Assembly (NCBI GenBank): GCA_050012475.1
Contig: JBEKHC010000023.1
Location: 1-54,187, forward strand
Direction of reading: 5' to 3'
Source of the DNA: Candidatus Velthaea sp.
GTDB taxonomy: Bacteria; Vulcanimicrobiota; Vulcanimicrobiia; Vulcanimicrobiales; Vulcanimicrobiaceae
Length of the DNA stretch: 54,187 nt
Shown here: positions 31,350 to 41,700 of the stretch, one piece after another
Layout: every line of letters begins with the position of its first letter
Numbering within the stretch: the first letter of the stretch is position 1
Notes under the pieces: generated by a model
What the model saw: only the letters and a program-made list of their open reading frames with translations
What the model was told of the DNA's origin: nothing
Databases searched by the model: none
Program-made: the position numbers and the translations under genes

Positions 31350-31573
31350 CATTAGGTGACACTGTGCTCGATTATTTGATCGGTGCTCGACATCGGCGCC
31401 GTCTGCTCAAGTCAATAAAACTCGCTGCTGGATGCCGAACCCCTTGGCGGGCCGTGCCACCATCGCGCCCCAAACCGACCTGACCTGACCCGGGGAGCCG
31501 CCTGCATGCCTCATCCGAACCGGCGAACTGGCAGCCGATGAGCCAAATGCCGCTCGTCGCCGGCCTCATCGAC
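31350..31573 (+). repeat. Direct repeat copy A (224 bp)
   Basis: Near-identical to 33989-34226, from CATTAGGTGACACTGTGCTCGA to GCCGGCCTCATCGAC. Confidence 0.92.
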
Positions 31574-31853
31574 ACCGCTCTCAGGGACACTCGCGACCAT
31601 CTCCACGCAGGCATTAAAGGTGGTTTTCGACCAGATCGTCGACCGCCTCGCAGCCGAAGACCGACAGAATCCTTACATGCGTTTGATCAAAGAGATGCGC
31701 GAGGCGGCTCAACCTCAACGCGTAATTTCAGCGGGCGCAAAGATCCTCGTCGCACGGTGACAGCGACAACCGTTGTATCGTCCGAGCCGGTGAAGGGGTG
31801 CTTGGTCGCGGGATTGCCACGGTCAAAAGCACGTTAGCGTTGTCGTCCGTGTT

Positions 31854-33176
31854 TCATGCCGCGCGTAAGGGATCCAATACGTTTAGCGTTCTGCCGCGAG
31901 TTTCGGGGCCGATGAAAACCATCGTCAACGATAGCGCATTCCAGCAGCCGACAATGGCGACGACACTCCATGGGGAACCATTGAACGTCCGCAAGAGCCA
32001 AACAGCAAGCGCAGGCAGCGTCGCGCCGGCAAGGAGATTCGCTGCGCTATACGCCAATGCAGACCCGGAGTAACGAACATTCGTCGGAAACGCTTCCGCG
32101 AAATAGACCGGTTGAATACCACTTTGAAACTGGGTGAACCCGAGCAGTAACCCCATGGCGGCAAATATGATCGCAGCGCTTTTGGTCTCCAACATTGGGA
32201 AATAAAAGAAAAGCAGCACGAGCGTCGTTACCGAACCCAGGAGTAATGCTTTTCTGCGACCGATCTTGTCGCTGAGTATTCCGCCGCCGAGAGCGCCGAA
32301 AATGGCGCATACATTGGCCCCCATGAGCGTTGCGAAGCCGGTCTGCTTTGGGACGCCAAGTGTTCCGGTCAGATATCCTAGCGAAAACACCACAACTAAA
32401 TAGAATAATGCGGTCGGGCCGCAAAAAAAGAGCATCAGCCGCAAAATATCCTTCCAGTGAAATTTGAGCGCATCGCGCAGCGGGCTGCTGACTTCTATGA
32501 CTTCGGCCTGTTGCATCTGCACGAAGGACGGGGTTTCGCTGACGCGCAGACGGATGTAAATCCCGACTAAGAGCAAGATGAAACTCACCAAGAACGGGAT
32601 TCGCCACCCATATGTCTCGAAAGCCACGGGCGAAAGAGCCGCCGCCAACAAGAGCAACGCGCCGTTTGCCAGTATCTGACTAATCGGCGAGCAAATTCCA
32701 AGCAGGCCGGAGTATCTTCCGCGTCGGTCATTGGCGGCGTGCTCGAGGGCCATGAGCTGAGCGCCTGTGGATTCGCCGCCCAGCGCGAAGCCTTGGACGA
32801 TGCGTAAAATAACAAGAAGAATAGGCGCCCAGAGACCCAGCTGGTTATACGTGGGAAGCAGCCCCATGAGCACTGACGCCGTTCCCATGATCGTCACCGT
32901 AGCCAACAGCAGGTTACGCCGTCCGAATTTGTCGCCCAAATAACCGCAAGTCACGGCGCCCAGGGGTCTCGCCGCGAGGCCGGCTCCGAAGGCGGCCAGC
33001 GAGGCGAGAAGTCCGGACGTGGGGTCTAGCGTCGGGAAGAAAAGCTTTGGGAAAAGTGTCGCGGATACCACGCCATAGAGCGAAAAGTCGAACCATTCAA
33101 GAGCGGTGCCGATCGTCGCGGCCATGACCGCTCTTGCGGACATCGCCATATCTCTGGATTCGCTGGAGCCCTTCAT
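31854..33176 (-). CDS. MFS metabolite:H+ symporter (ProP/ShiA-like)
   Basis: GTALEWFDF, RPLGA, GDKFGRR, QGFALGGE, WRIPF, ETPSF, FPTNVRYSG; lower GC than the flanks. Confidence 0.93.
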   Translation of the reverse strand: MKGSSESRDMAMSARAVMAATIGTALEWFDFSLYGVVSATLFPKLFFPTLDPTSGLLASLAAFGAGLAARPLGAVTCGYLGDKFGRRNLLLATVTIMGTASVLMGLLPTYNQLGLWAPILLVILRIVQGFALGGESTGAQLMALEHAANDRRGRYSGLLGICSPISQILANGALLLLAAALSPVAFETYGWRIPFLVSFILLLVGIYIRLRVSETPSFVQMQQAEVIEVSSPLRDALKFHWKDILRLMLFFCGPTALFYLVVVFSLGYLTGTLGVPKQTGFATLMGANVCAIFGALGGGILSDKIGRRKALLLGSVTTLVLLFFYFPMLETKSAAIIFAAMGLLLGFTQFQSGIQPVYFAEAFPTNVRYSGSALAYSAANLLAGATLPALAVWLLRTFNGSPWSVVAIVGCWNALSLTMVFIGPETRGRTLNVLDPLRAA

Positions 33177-33299
33177 TCATGGTCTCCTGACAGTTCTCGA
33201 GAACTTGGCTGAATGTTGGAGGGCGATACCACGACGACGGCGCACCGGCCTGGTTCGTCCGTCGGCGCTGGCGCGGAACCGATCGACTCGCTCCCGGCC

Positions 33300-33700
33300 A
33301 TGACCGTCCCGCTCATCACGAATCAGTTCTCGTAGCGCCGCTTCGCCCGGCGAAAACGAGGCCGTCCTGGCTCATCGACATCGCCAGCGTCTCGGCGGGG
33401 CGGCCGCTTTCCGGCGTGGTCGCTTAGGCCGCCGCGAAGGCAGCGGTCGTGAATCTGACCCAGTTTCTCGCGCGCGAATGGGCCCGGCGAGCACCGGCGG
33501 CTGCTTTTCGACTCCGACGGTACGCCGACTGCGTGCGTCCGATAGCATCTTGCGACACACACCAATGTCGCGTTTCGGCGTGCCCGCGGAACTCGCAGGC
33601 GCCGCGATCTTCCTTGCCGTGAAAAGGCAGCCGGCTTCGCTACCAGAATCGACTTGCGCGTCGACGGCGGCTTTCTCTCTTGTGAGAACGGGAAGAGGAT
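33300..33700 (+). pseudogene. Decayed SDR oxidoreductase (C-terminal half)
   Basis: Pieces across frames: IDIASVS, PLSGVVA*AAAKAAVVNLTQFLAREW (catalytic Tyr codon now TAG), HTPMSRFGVPAELAGAAIFLA, LRVDGGFLS. Confidence 0.8.
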
Positions 33701-33988
33701 GCGACTAGGACCGACACGTTCGGTGAGCCGTTCGCTGCCGAAGCCTAAATCGTGGGCCCGCAGCGAAGATTCTCGGGACGTCAAGCATGAGTGCCGCGTC
33801 CGCTCCCATGAGCAGTTCGACTGGAATTTGAAGCACCGCCGCCGGTAACTCGGCGGCTAACGAATCCGTGTCTGACGTTTCGACCACGTTCCGATAAGTG
33901 TAGCTGCTCGACATCATCGGCGGTCATGCTCGATTTCATCGCCAAATCGTGCTTACATTAACTGACACTGGGCGAGCGCGTTTGCTCA

Positions 33989-34226
33989 CATTAGGTGACA
34001 CTGTGCTCGAATTCTTTGATCGGTACTCGACATCGCCGCCGTCTGCACAAGTCAGTGAAACTCGCTGCCCAGCGACGGTCTGGATGCCGAACCCCTTGGC
34101 GGGCCGTGCCACCATCGCGCCCGAAACCGGTCTGACCTGACCCGGGGAGCCGCCTGCATGCCCTCATCCGAACCCGTGAACTGGCAGCCGAAGAGCCAAA
34201 TGCCGCTCGTCGCCGGCCTCATCGAC
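33989..34226 (+). repeat. Direct repeat copy B (238 bp)
   Basis: Same sequence as 31350-31573 with a 12-bp insert (CCAGCGACGGTC), two 1-nt indels and substitutions. Confidence 0.92.
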
Positions 34227-34273
34227 GGGATAGCCGTGGACGGAACTTTTGCCGTTTTGCGTTGGGCATTTTT
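34227..34273 (+). repeat. Right copy of the ~50 bp inverted repeat (Tn3-like terminus)
   Basis: GGGATAGCCGTGGACGGAACTTTTGCCGTTTTGCGTTGGGCATTTTT; begins exactly where repeat B stops. Confidence 0.85.
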
Positions 34274-34299
34274 GGCTATGGCGGGGTAGGGGAAAGGAC

Positions 34300-35883
34300 G
34301 TGAGCATTGCGGCGAGGCGCTGGTGGCAAGACGCCGTCGTGTATCAGATCTATCCGCGCTCGTTTGCGGACAGCAACGCTGACGGCATCGGTGACGTCCG
34401 CGGAATCATCAGCCGGCTCGACTACCTCGTCGAATTGGGTGTCGATGCGGTTTGGATTTCACCGATCTACCCGTCGCCGATGGCCGATTTCGGTTACGAC
34501 GTGGCCGATTATTGCGGCGTCGATCCGCTGTTCGGAACGCTCGCCGACGTCGATGCGCTCATCGCAGCAGCGCACGGCCGCGGGTTGCGGCTGATCCTGG
34601 ATTTCGTTCCCAATCATAGCTCGAACACGCATCCCTGGTTTATGGCGAGCCGCGCGTCGCGCGATAACCCCAAACGCGATTGGTATATCTGGCGCGCTGG
34701 GGCGCCCGACGGCGGGCCGCCCAACAATTGGCTGTCACACTTCGGCGGCCCGGCTTGGGAATGGGATCCGGCTACCGGTGAGTACTATCTGCACTCGTTT
34801 CTGCGCGAACAGCCCGATTTGAATTGGCGCAATCCCGAGGTCCGGGCGGCGATGTACGACGCCTTGCGCTTCTGGCTCGACCGCGGCATCGACGGATTTC
34901 GCGTCGACGTGATGTGGCTGCTGATCAAAGACGACCAGTTTCGCTCGAATCCGCCCAATCCGGCCCACGCACCCGATCGCGGTTCGTATGACCGGCTGCT
35001 GCCGCTGTATACCGCGGACCGGCCCGAGGTGCACGACATCGTCGCCGAACTGCGCAGGCTCGTCGACAGCTACGGCGATCGCGTGCTGATCGGCGAAATC
35101 TACTTGCCGATCGAACGTCTGATGGCGTACTACGGCCGGGATCTGAGCGGCGCGCATCTGCCGTTCAATTTTCAGCTCATCGATGCGCCCTGGAATGCCG
35201 AAGCACTGGCATCGATCGTGCGCGATTACGAAGCCGCGCTGCCTGCCGGGGCGTGGCCGAATTGGGTTTTGGGCAATCATGATAAGTCGCGCATCGCTTC
35301 GCGGGTGGGCGCGGCCCAGGCGCGCGTCGCGGCGATGCTTCTGCTGACGTTGCGGGGGACGCCGACGCTGTATTACGGCGACGAACTGGGCATGCTCGAC
35401 GTGCCGGTCGCCTCGGAGCGGGTCACCGATCCGGCGGAAAAAAACCAGCCCGGAATCGGCCTCGGCCGCGATCCCGAGCGGACGCCGATGCTCTGGGACG
35501 GCTCACCGCGGGCCGGCTTCACGACCGGCGAGCCGTGGCTGCCGCTCGGCGAGCACGATTGCATCAACGTCGCGGCCGAGCGCGCCCGCCCCGATTCGAT
35601 GCTCGCGCTGCACCGGCGCCTGTTAGCGCTGCGGCGCTCGCATCCCGCGCTGACGCGGGGCGCGCTCCGTTCCATCCGTTCACTCGAAGATGTCCTGATG
35701 TACGAGCGCTGCGCCGGCGACGAGCGCTTGACCGCGGTCTTGAACCTGGGACATGCCGCCCGTGAAGTGCCGCTGGGGCCGGCGCGCATCGTCTTGTCGA
35801 CGCACCTCGACCGCGCTGGCGAAAGCGTCGTCGCGGGGGTGCTGTTTCTGCGCCCGGCCGAGGGAGTTCTCCTAGCCGAATGA
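34300..35883 (+). CDS. GH13 alpha-glucosidase
   Basis: WWQDAVVYQIYPRSFADS, DFGYDV, DFVPNHSS, QPDLNW, GFRVDV, IGE, LGNHD, RDPERTPM; SD AAGGA before the GTG. Confidence 0.93.
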   Translation: MSIAARRWWQDAVVYQIYPRSFADSNADGIGDVRGIISRLDYLVELGVDAVWISPIYPSPMADFGYDVADYCGVDPLFGTLADVDALIAAAHGRGLRLILDFVPNHSSNTHPWFMASRASRDNPKRDWYIWRAGAPDGGPPNNWLSHFGGPAWEWDPATGEYYLHSFLREQPDLNWRNPEVRAAMYDALRFWLDRGIDGFRVDVMWLLIKDDQFRSNPPNPAHAPDRGSYDRLLPLYTADRPEVHDIVAELRRLVDSYGDRVLIGEIYLPIERLMAYYGRDLSGAHLPFNFQLIDAPWNAEALASIVRDYEAALPAGAWPNWVLGNHDKSRIASRVGAAQARVAAMLLLTLRGTPTLYYGDELGMLDVPVASERVTDPAEKNQPGIGLGRDPERTPMLWDGSPRAGFTTGEPWLPLGEHDCINVAAERARPDSMLALHRRLLALRRSHPALTRGALRSIRSLEDVLMYERCAGDERLTAVLNLGHAAREVPLGPARIVLSTHLDRAGESVVAGVLFLRPAEGVLLAE

Positions 35884-35923
35884 AGGACGGTGCAGCGTTC
35901 TCTGCTGCGCCGCCCGCGCTCGT

Positions 35924-36523
35924 TTAGCCGAAGATCTTCTGAGCGGTCTTGGCGACGATCTCGCCTTGATGGCGCGCGCCTTCGAGTTCGATCGCGCTCG
36001 GCTGACGCGAGCCGTCGCCGCCGGCAATCGTGGTCGCACCGTAGGGAGCGCCGCCGACGATCTCGGCCAACGTCATCTGGCCGGCATGGCTATAGGGTAA
36101 GCCGACGACGATCATACCGAAATGGAGCAGGTTGGCGATGATCGAGAAGAGCGTCGTTTCGTTACCGCCGTGCTGCGTCGCGCTCGACGTGAACGCGGCG
36201 CCGACTTTCCCGTTGAGCGCGCCCCGCGCCCAAAGCCCGCCGGCTTGATCGAGGAACGCCGCCATCTGTGAACTCATCCGTCCGAAGCGCGTTCCGGTGC
36301 CGATGACGATCGCATCGTAGTGTTCGAGGTCGCCGATCGCGGCGACCGGCGCGGCTTGGTCGAGCTTGAAATGGTTCGCTTTGGCGACCGCCTCGGGCAC
36401 CGTCTCGGGAACGCGCTTGATGTCGACCAGGGCGCCGGCGGCACGCGCGCCCTCGGCGATCGCGCCGGCCATCGTTTCGATATGGCCGTACGTGGAGTAG
36501 TAGAGGACGAGAACCTTCGCCAT
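35924..36523 (-). CDS. wrbA: NAD(P)H:quinone oxidoreductase WrbA
   Basis: [35 protein letters not shown]. Confidence 0.96.
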   Translation of the reverse strand: MAKVLVLYYSTYGHIETMAGAIAEGARAAGALVDIKRVPETVPEAVAKANHFKLDQAAPVAAIGDLEHYDAIVIGTGTRFGRMSSQMAAFLDQAGGLWARGALNGKVGAAFTSSATQHGGNETTLFSIIANLLHFGMIVVGLPYSHAGQMTLAEIVGGAPYGATTIAGGDGSRQPSAIELEGARHQGEIVAKTAQKIFG

Positions 36524-36525
36524 GG

Positions 36526-36969
36526 CTAGGCCGCCAGCGTTTCATGCCGGCCGGAACGCGCGACGTACCAGGCAACGGGCAGGCCGAAGAAAACGATGTG
36601 GGAGACCAGGCCGACGATCAGCCCCTTGACGGTGAAGGGCTGCCCGGCATGCGCGAGATCGAGCACGATCTCCATCACCGCGTACACCGCGAGACCGAAG
36701 ATGGCGCCCCACAGCGTCGGGTTGTCGATGAGCGCCCGCGAGCGCTCGGCGGCGAACGAATAGGCCAGCGCAAAGGCGATCGAGATCAGGAAGTGCATCA
36801 CCAAGCCGAGGGCGATGTACGAACTCGAGGTGAACGCCACCGGTCCCACGATCGTCGAGGCAATGAATTGGTAGACGCCCGGGAACGGGACGACGCGCGC
36901 GAGGATCAGGAAGAGGTCGACGACGGCGCCGCCGATGAGGCCGGCCGTGACGGCACGAGAAAGATTCAT
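36526..36969 (-). CDS. Four-TM membrane protein (DUF1440-like)
   Basis: Hydrophobic helices; [33 protein letters not shown]. Confidence 0.75.
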   Translation of the reverse strand: MNLSRAVTAGLIGGAVVDLFLILARVVPFPGVYQFIASTIVGPVAFTSSSYIALGLVMHFLISIAFALAYSFAAERSRALIDNPTLWGAIFGLAVYAVMEIVLDLAHAGQPFTVKGLIVGLVSHIVFFGLPVAWYVARSGRHETLAA

Positions 36970-37084
36970 GGTTATTCTCCGGCTCGCTGCAGCATCAGCA
37001 AGCGACTTACGATTAGTATGTGACTTATTAAAAGCTAGTAAGCCATGTTTTGTCAAGTAGGCGGTCTATGGTAAGATCATTCGG

Positions 37085-37453
37085 ATGGAATCACAGCAGG
37101 AGCGCAGGTTCGACCCCGGACGGCAGCTCTGTCCGCGCTTTCAGCGGGCAACTGAGCTAGTCGGCAAGCGCTGGACCGGCGCGATCGTGCGTGTGCTCAT
37201 GCCCAGCCCGTGCCGCTTCAACGAGCTGCTGGCGCGGGTTCCGGGCATTTCCGACCGGCTGCTCAGCGAGCGTTTACGCGAACTCGAAACCGCCGGTATC
37301 GTCCGGCGCGACGTAACTCCCGGGCCGCCGGTGCGCGTCACCTACGAGCTGACCTGCTCCGGGCACGAACTCGAACCGGTCGTCAGCGCGTTGGAAGCCT
37401 GGGCGCAGAAGTGGATTTCGCCCGAATCGCTCGAGCACGCCGCGGGCTCTTAA
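37085..37453 (+). CDS. HxlR/YodB-family winged-helix regulator
   Basis: LCPRFQRATELVGKRW, RFNEL, ISDRLLSERLRELE, PPVRVTYELT; extended -10 TGgTAAGAT 7 nt before the ATG (leaderless). Confidence 0.94.
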   Translation: MESQQERRFDPGRQLCPRFQRATELVGKRWTGAIVRVLMPSPCRFNELLARVPGISDRLLSERLRELETAGIVRRDVTPGPPVRVTYELTCSGHELEPVVSALEAWAQKWISPESLEHAAGS

Positions 37454-37576
37454 CCGGCCGGCAGATCGGCCGCGTTCCGCGGTGTCGCGCAAGACTTGGC
37501 CGGAGGCACGCTGCCGGCAGTTCGTGCGTTCTGCTGAAGAGCAGGCGATACCACTGCTGAAGATGAGGAGAGACCC

Positions 37577-38233
37577 TTGAGGCACCTTGGTTGGATCGCC
37601 GCGCTTGCTGCGGGTGCAATCGCTTGGCCTTGCGCTTCGGCGGCCCAGCCCGCCCTGCTGCACACGCCGACCCCGGCGCCGTACACTACGACGGTCGGCG
37701 CGCATGCGCGCTATAGCAAAGCCCGCATCAACCTCAATGCGCCGAATCTCGCGTTGCTGGCCGCGGTAATCGCGGCTGGCGGCGGTCCGACGGCGTTCGA
37801 CGCGCAGAAGCTGCTCGGCGTCCTCACCGGGAACGGACCATCCACGCAAACCGAGCTGGCCGCTCTGACGAAACGATTCGGAGCGCAAAACCTCGCGTCG
37901 TTCTTCACCACGTTCCATTTCGTCATCACCGATGCGGTCACGCAGTTTGCGGCCGACGGAATGGCGCTGCCGGCCTCGCCGATCCCGGACCCGACCGACG
38001 GCAAGGCCCTCGCCGCGGCCCTTCTCGCAACTGGGACGGCACCGCGCGGCAGCTTCGACGTAGAGTACTTGCTCGACGGACTTGTCTCGCACGTGGTCCA
38101 CGTTGCAGTGATGAACGACATCGACGCCAACCCGGATCTCGGACCCAAAGCCGACGCAAACTACCACGCCGTGTTCGCGCAAATGATGCTCGACGTGAAA
38201 TCGGCCGATTCGCTTGCGGGCGGTAAACGCTAA
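37577..38233 (+). CDS. Conserved hypothetical secreted protein
   Basis: Signal peptide; AAGGG, DGKALAAAL, FDVEYLLD, SHVVHVAVMNDID, ADANYH; SD GAGGAG. Confidence 0.8.
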   Translation: MRHLGWIAALAAGAIAWPCASAAQPALLHTPTPAPYTTTVGAHARYSKARINLNAPNLALLAAVIAAGGGPTAFDAQKLLGVLTGNGPSTQTELAALTKRFGAQNLASFFTTFHFVITDAVTQFAADGMALPASPIPDPTDGKALAAALLATGTAPRGSFDVEYLLDGLVSHVVHVAVMNDIDANPDLGPKADANYHAVFAQMMLDVKSADSLAGGKR

Positions 38234-38293
38234 CGTTCAACGGGTTGACGCGACGCGACCGGAGAACGCGTCGCGCCTTGCGAAGCGGCCGGC

Positions 38294-38707
38294 ATGAAGA
38301 ATGAAGCGAGCATCGACGGTATCACCGTCGGCGGTCAACCGAGCGCAGCCGACTTGAGTAACGGGATGTTTACCAGCGTCATCAACGTTCGCCGCCATGA
38401 AGAGCCCGGCAATGATACCGAGGTGCTCGTGGCCGGATCGCAGATCAACTACACGGTCGTGCCGTGGACCATCGACACGGTCACCAAAGAGGATATCGCG
38501 ACGATTCGTGCCGCAGTCGATGCGTCGCGCGGTCCGGTGCTCATCCATTGCATGGGCGGAACGCGCGCCGCGCTCGCGGCAGCGATCGTTTCCGCGGAGA
38601 AGGATGGCTCCGGTCCCAGCGGAGCGATTGCGAAAGCCGAGGCCGCCGGTTTCGAGATTCGGGGCACGCCGTACGGGGCGTTCATCGACGAATATTTCCA
38701 CGCCTGA
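38294..38707 (+). CDS. DUF442/BLH-like sulfur-transferase (PTP-fold) protein
   Basis: ITVGGQP, SVINVR, PVLIHCMGGTR (CX5R-like loop). Confidence 0.8.
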   Translation: MKNEASIDGITVGGQPSAADLSNGMFTSVINVRRHEEPGNDTEVLVAGSQINYTVVPWTIDTVTKEDIATIRAAVDASRGPVLIHCMGGTRAALAAAIVSAEKDGSGPSGAIAKAEAAGFEIRGTPYGAFIDEYFHA

Positions 38708-38728
38708 TCACGCTTCGGGGCTTCGACT

Positions 38729-41700
38729 TTAGGACACGGAGCGCAGCGGCCGAACCATCGTTCCCGGTAAGAGTTTGCCGGCGACGTGCAGCGGGTCGTA
38801 CGCGGCGACTTCGACCGTCGCTTCGCTGTCGCCGCTGCGGCGCGACGCTCGCAACGCTTCGATCGCTTCGGGTAGCGCGAACTGCTCCCCAACGTAGCCC
38901 GCTACGAAGCGGCCGCCGCGAATCCCGCCGCGGGCCTCCATCCGGCGCAGCGCGACGAGCAACTCGCGCCACGGCGGGGCGAGGGTTTCCCGCGCGACGA
39001 TGTCGCGAAAGACGACGCCCCAGCGCAGCAGCAGGCGGCGCGCGAAGGCGTCGGCGTCGATGCGCTCGGCGTCCGATTCCAGAATCGTCCACCGCCCGCT
39101 CGACGAACGCGGCCGTGCCCGCTGGCCCTTTTCGCCTAACCGTCGCCGGCGATCGGTCAAGGCCCGCAGCGCGTCGAAGCCGTCGGCGGTCACGAGACCC
39201 GCTGCCACGAGCTGCCAGAGGGCTTCCTCGACTTCAGCCGGGAGCCGCTTCGTCAGCCGGACGATGTCCGGAAAGAACGGCGCGCCGCGGGCTTCAATCA
39301 CGGCGTACACCTCGCGCGCTGCATGCGACAGCGCGCTCGGCTCGAACGGCCGGCGGACGACCAGCGACGGCGCATCGTCGCGAGTGAAGAGCGCGATCGG
39401 CGCAAGTTTCGTCGGCCGAATTCGCCGCACGGGGGTTCCGGCGGGGGCACCCAACGCCGGATGCGCCGACAACCGGCCCCACATCACGTCGCCGGCATGA
39501 CACAACTGATCGAGATACTCGCGTCGATAACCGGCGATGCGCGCCGGCAGCACGGTCGATTCCCAGGCCGCCGCCGGGATTTCGTACCCTTCGAGTTGAC
39601 GGATGACGTGCAGCGTGCCGTCGATGCCGTGCAGACGCGTTGACGGCGCGACGTGCTGCCAGCGAAACAGAAAGCGCACGTAATCGGACGTGCTGACCGG
39701 TTCGATCTCGCGGCGCAGTGCGCCCAGCGTAAGCCGATGGATTCGTGCGAGCACCCGGCGATTGCACCACTCCTCGGCTTCGCCGCGAAAACGACCGCGA
39801 AGAACTTGGCCTTCGGTTTCGAGTTGAATCAGAGCCGTCGCGATGAGCACCGGATCGACGGCGAACCGCAGCGCTAACTCAGCGGCCGTGACCGGTCCGC
39901 TCGATTCCAGCCAGCCGCGCAGCACTTCGGCAAACGCCGCTTCGCGCGTCTCGGGCAGTGGCTGGGATGATGCAACTTCGGCGATCGCGGGTTGCGCGCC
40001 GGCGTGCGGATACGCGACCCGCGCGAGCGCGAGCCGTTCGGCGCAGGTCCAAAACGGTATGCCGCCGGCGTCGAGCAGCGTCGCGCGCTGCTGGGCGACA
40101 AGCTGTTCGAACCAGCCCTCCCATTCGGTTACCGGCGGCAAAACGGTGAGTGTCGCGAGCGCGTCGTGCAATTCGTCGGCATCGCGCACCAGCGGCCAGG
40201 CGGTTTCAGCGACTTCGGCGATGGCCGCGGGGTCGAGGACGCCGTGCTCGCCGGCTTCGACGTGCGACGTGCGACGCAGCGTGACGGCGCGCGCGCGCCG
40301 CTCCTCGAGCGGCGCGTCGTCGAGAAACGCGTACGGGTTGGCGTTGAGAATTTCGTGGCTGAACACCGATGGTTCGGCCGTGTCGACGGCCAGCGTCGCG
40401 ATCGCGCCGGACTCGATCCCTTGCAGCACCGTGCGTAGGCCGTCGAGATCCATCGCTTCGTGCAGGCAGTTTGCGATCGTCTCGCGGACCAGCACGTGAT
40501 CCGGCACCTGCAGTGGCCCGCTGCGGTTTTCACCGCATGCGGCGGCGTCGGGAAAGCACGCGGCGAGCAAATCGTCGGCGCGCATGCGCTGCAGCTGCGG
40601 CGCGACCTTGCGCCCTGCCCGCATGCGCAAGATCGCCAGGGCCCGAGTGGCGTTCCAGCGCCAGCGGGCGCCGAACATCGGCGCCGTCAGCAGCGCTTGC
40701 GTGAGGGTTTGCTCGACGCTGGCCGATTTGACGAACTCGAACACGATCTCGAGCGGAAAGGCGTGCTGATCGGTCAACGAGAGGACAATCCCGTTGTCGG
40801 TTGCCGCGGCTTGCAGTTCCAAATCGAACGAGCGGCAAAATTTCTTACGCAGGGCCAGACCCCATGCCCGATTGATGCGCGCGCCGAAGGGTGCATGCAC
40901 GATCAACTGCATCCCGCCGCCCTCGTCGAAGAAGCGTTCCGCGATCAGCGTCGTGTCGGTGGGAACCGCGCGCAACACGGCTTTCCCGGCGCGCACGTAG
41001 GCGATGGCTTGGGCAGCGCCAGCGGCATCGAGTCCGCACTGCGCGAGCAGCAGGGCCGTTGCGGCCGCATCATCGCGCTCGTCGATCGCCGCCCGAAGCG
41101 CCGCCACTTCGCGCGAAAGTTCGACCGTTCGTCCGGGGCCCTCGCCGTTCCAGAACGGGATCGTGGGCGGCGCACCGTGCGCGTTCGCGACCCGCACGAC
41201 GCCCGTTTCGACGCGCCGAATTTGCCACGAAGTCGTGCCGAGCAAAAACACGTCGCCGGCCAAGCTCTCGATCGCGAAATCTTCGTCAACCGTGCCGATG
41301 ACCTGCCCGTCGGGTTCGGCGACGACGTTGTAGTTTGCGGTCTCGGGGATTGCGCCGCCGGAGGTGATCGCGGCCATGCGCGCTCCGCGCCGCGCGCGAA
41401 GGCGGCCGTTCACGCGATCGTAGTGCAGAAAGGCGCCGCTGCGCCCGCGCGCCGTGGCGACGCCGTCGGCGAGCATCGCAACGACGGCATCGAAATCAGC
41501 GCGCGCGAGGTCGCGATACGGGTAGGCCGTGCGCACCGCCGCGAAAAGCCCGTCGGCGTCCCATTCGCCGGTCGCGCAGGTTGCCACGATCTGCTGTGCG
41601 AGGATGTCGAGCGGTGCAGCCGGGATCGTGAGGGCGTCCATCGCGCCGCTGCGCATCGCGCCCACGAGGGCCGCGCATTCGAGCAGCTCGTCGCGCGTGG

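Noticed and set aside
31351..31366. ATTAGGTGACACT resembles the SP6 phage promoter / vector sequence
   Set aside because: The match is incomplete (no TATAG) and sits inside two naturally diverged repeats, so contamination is unlikely.
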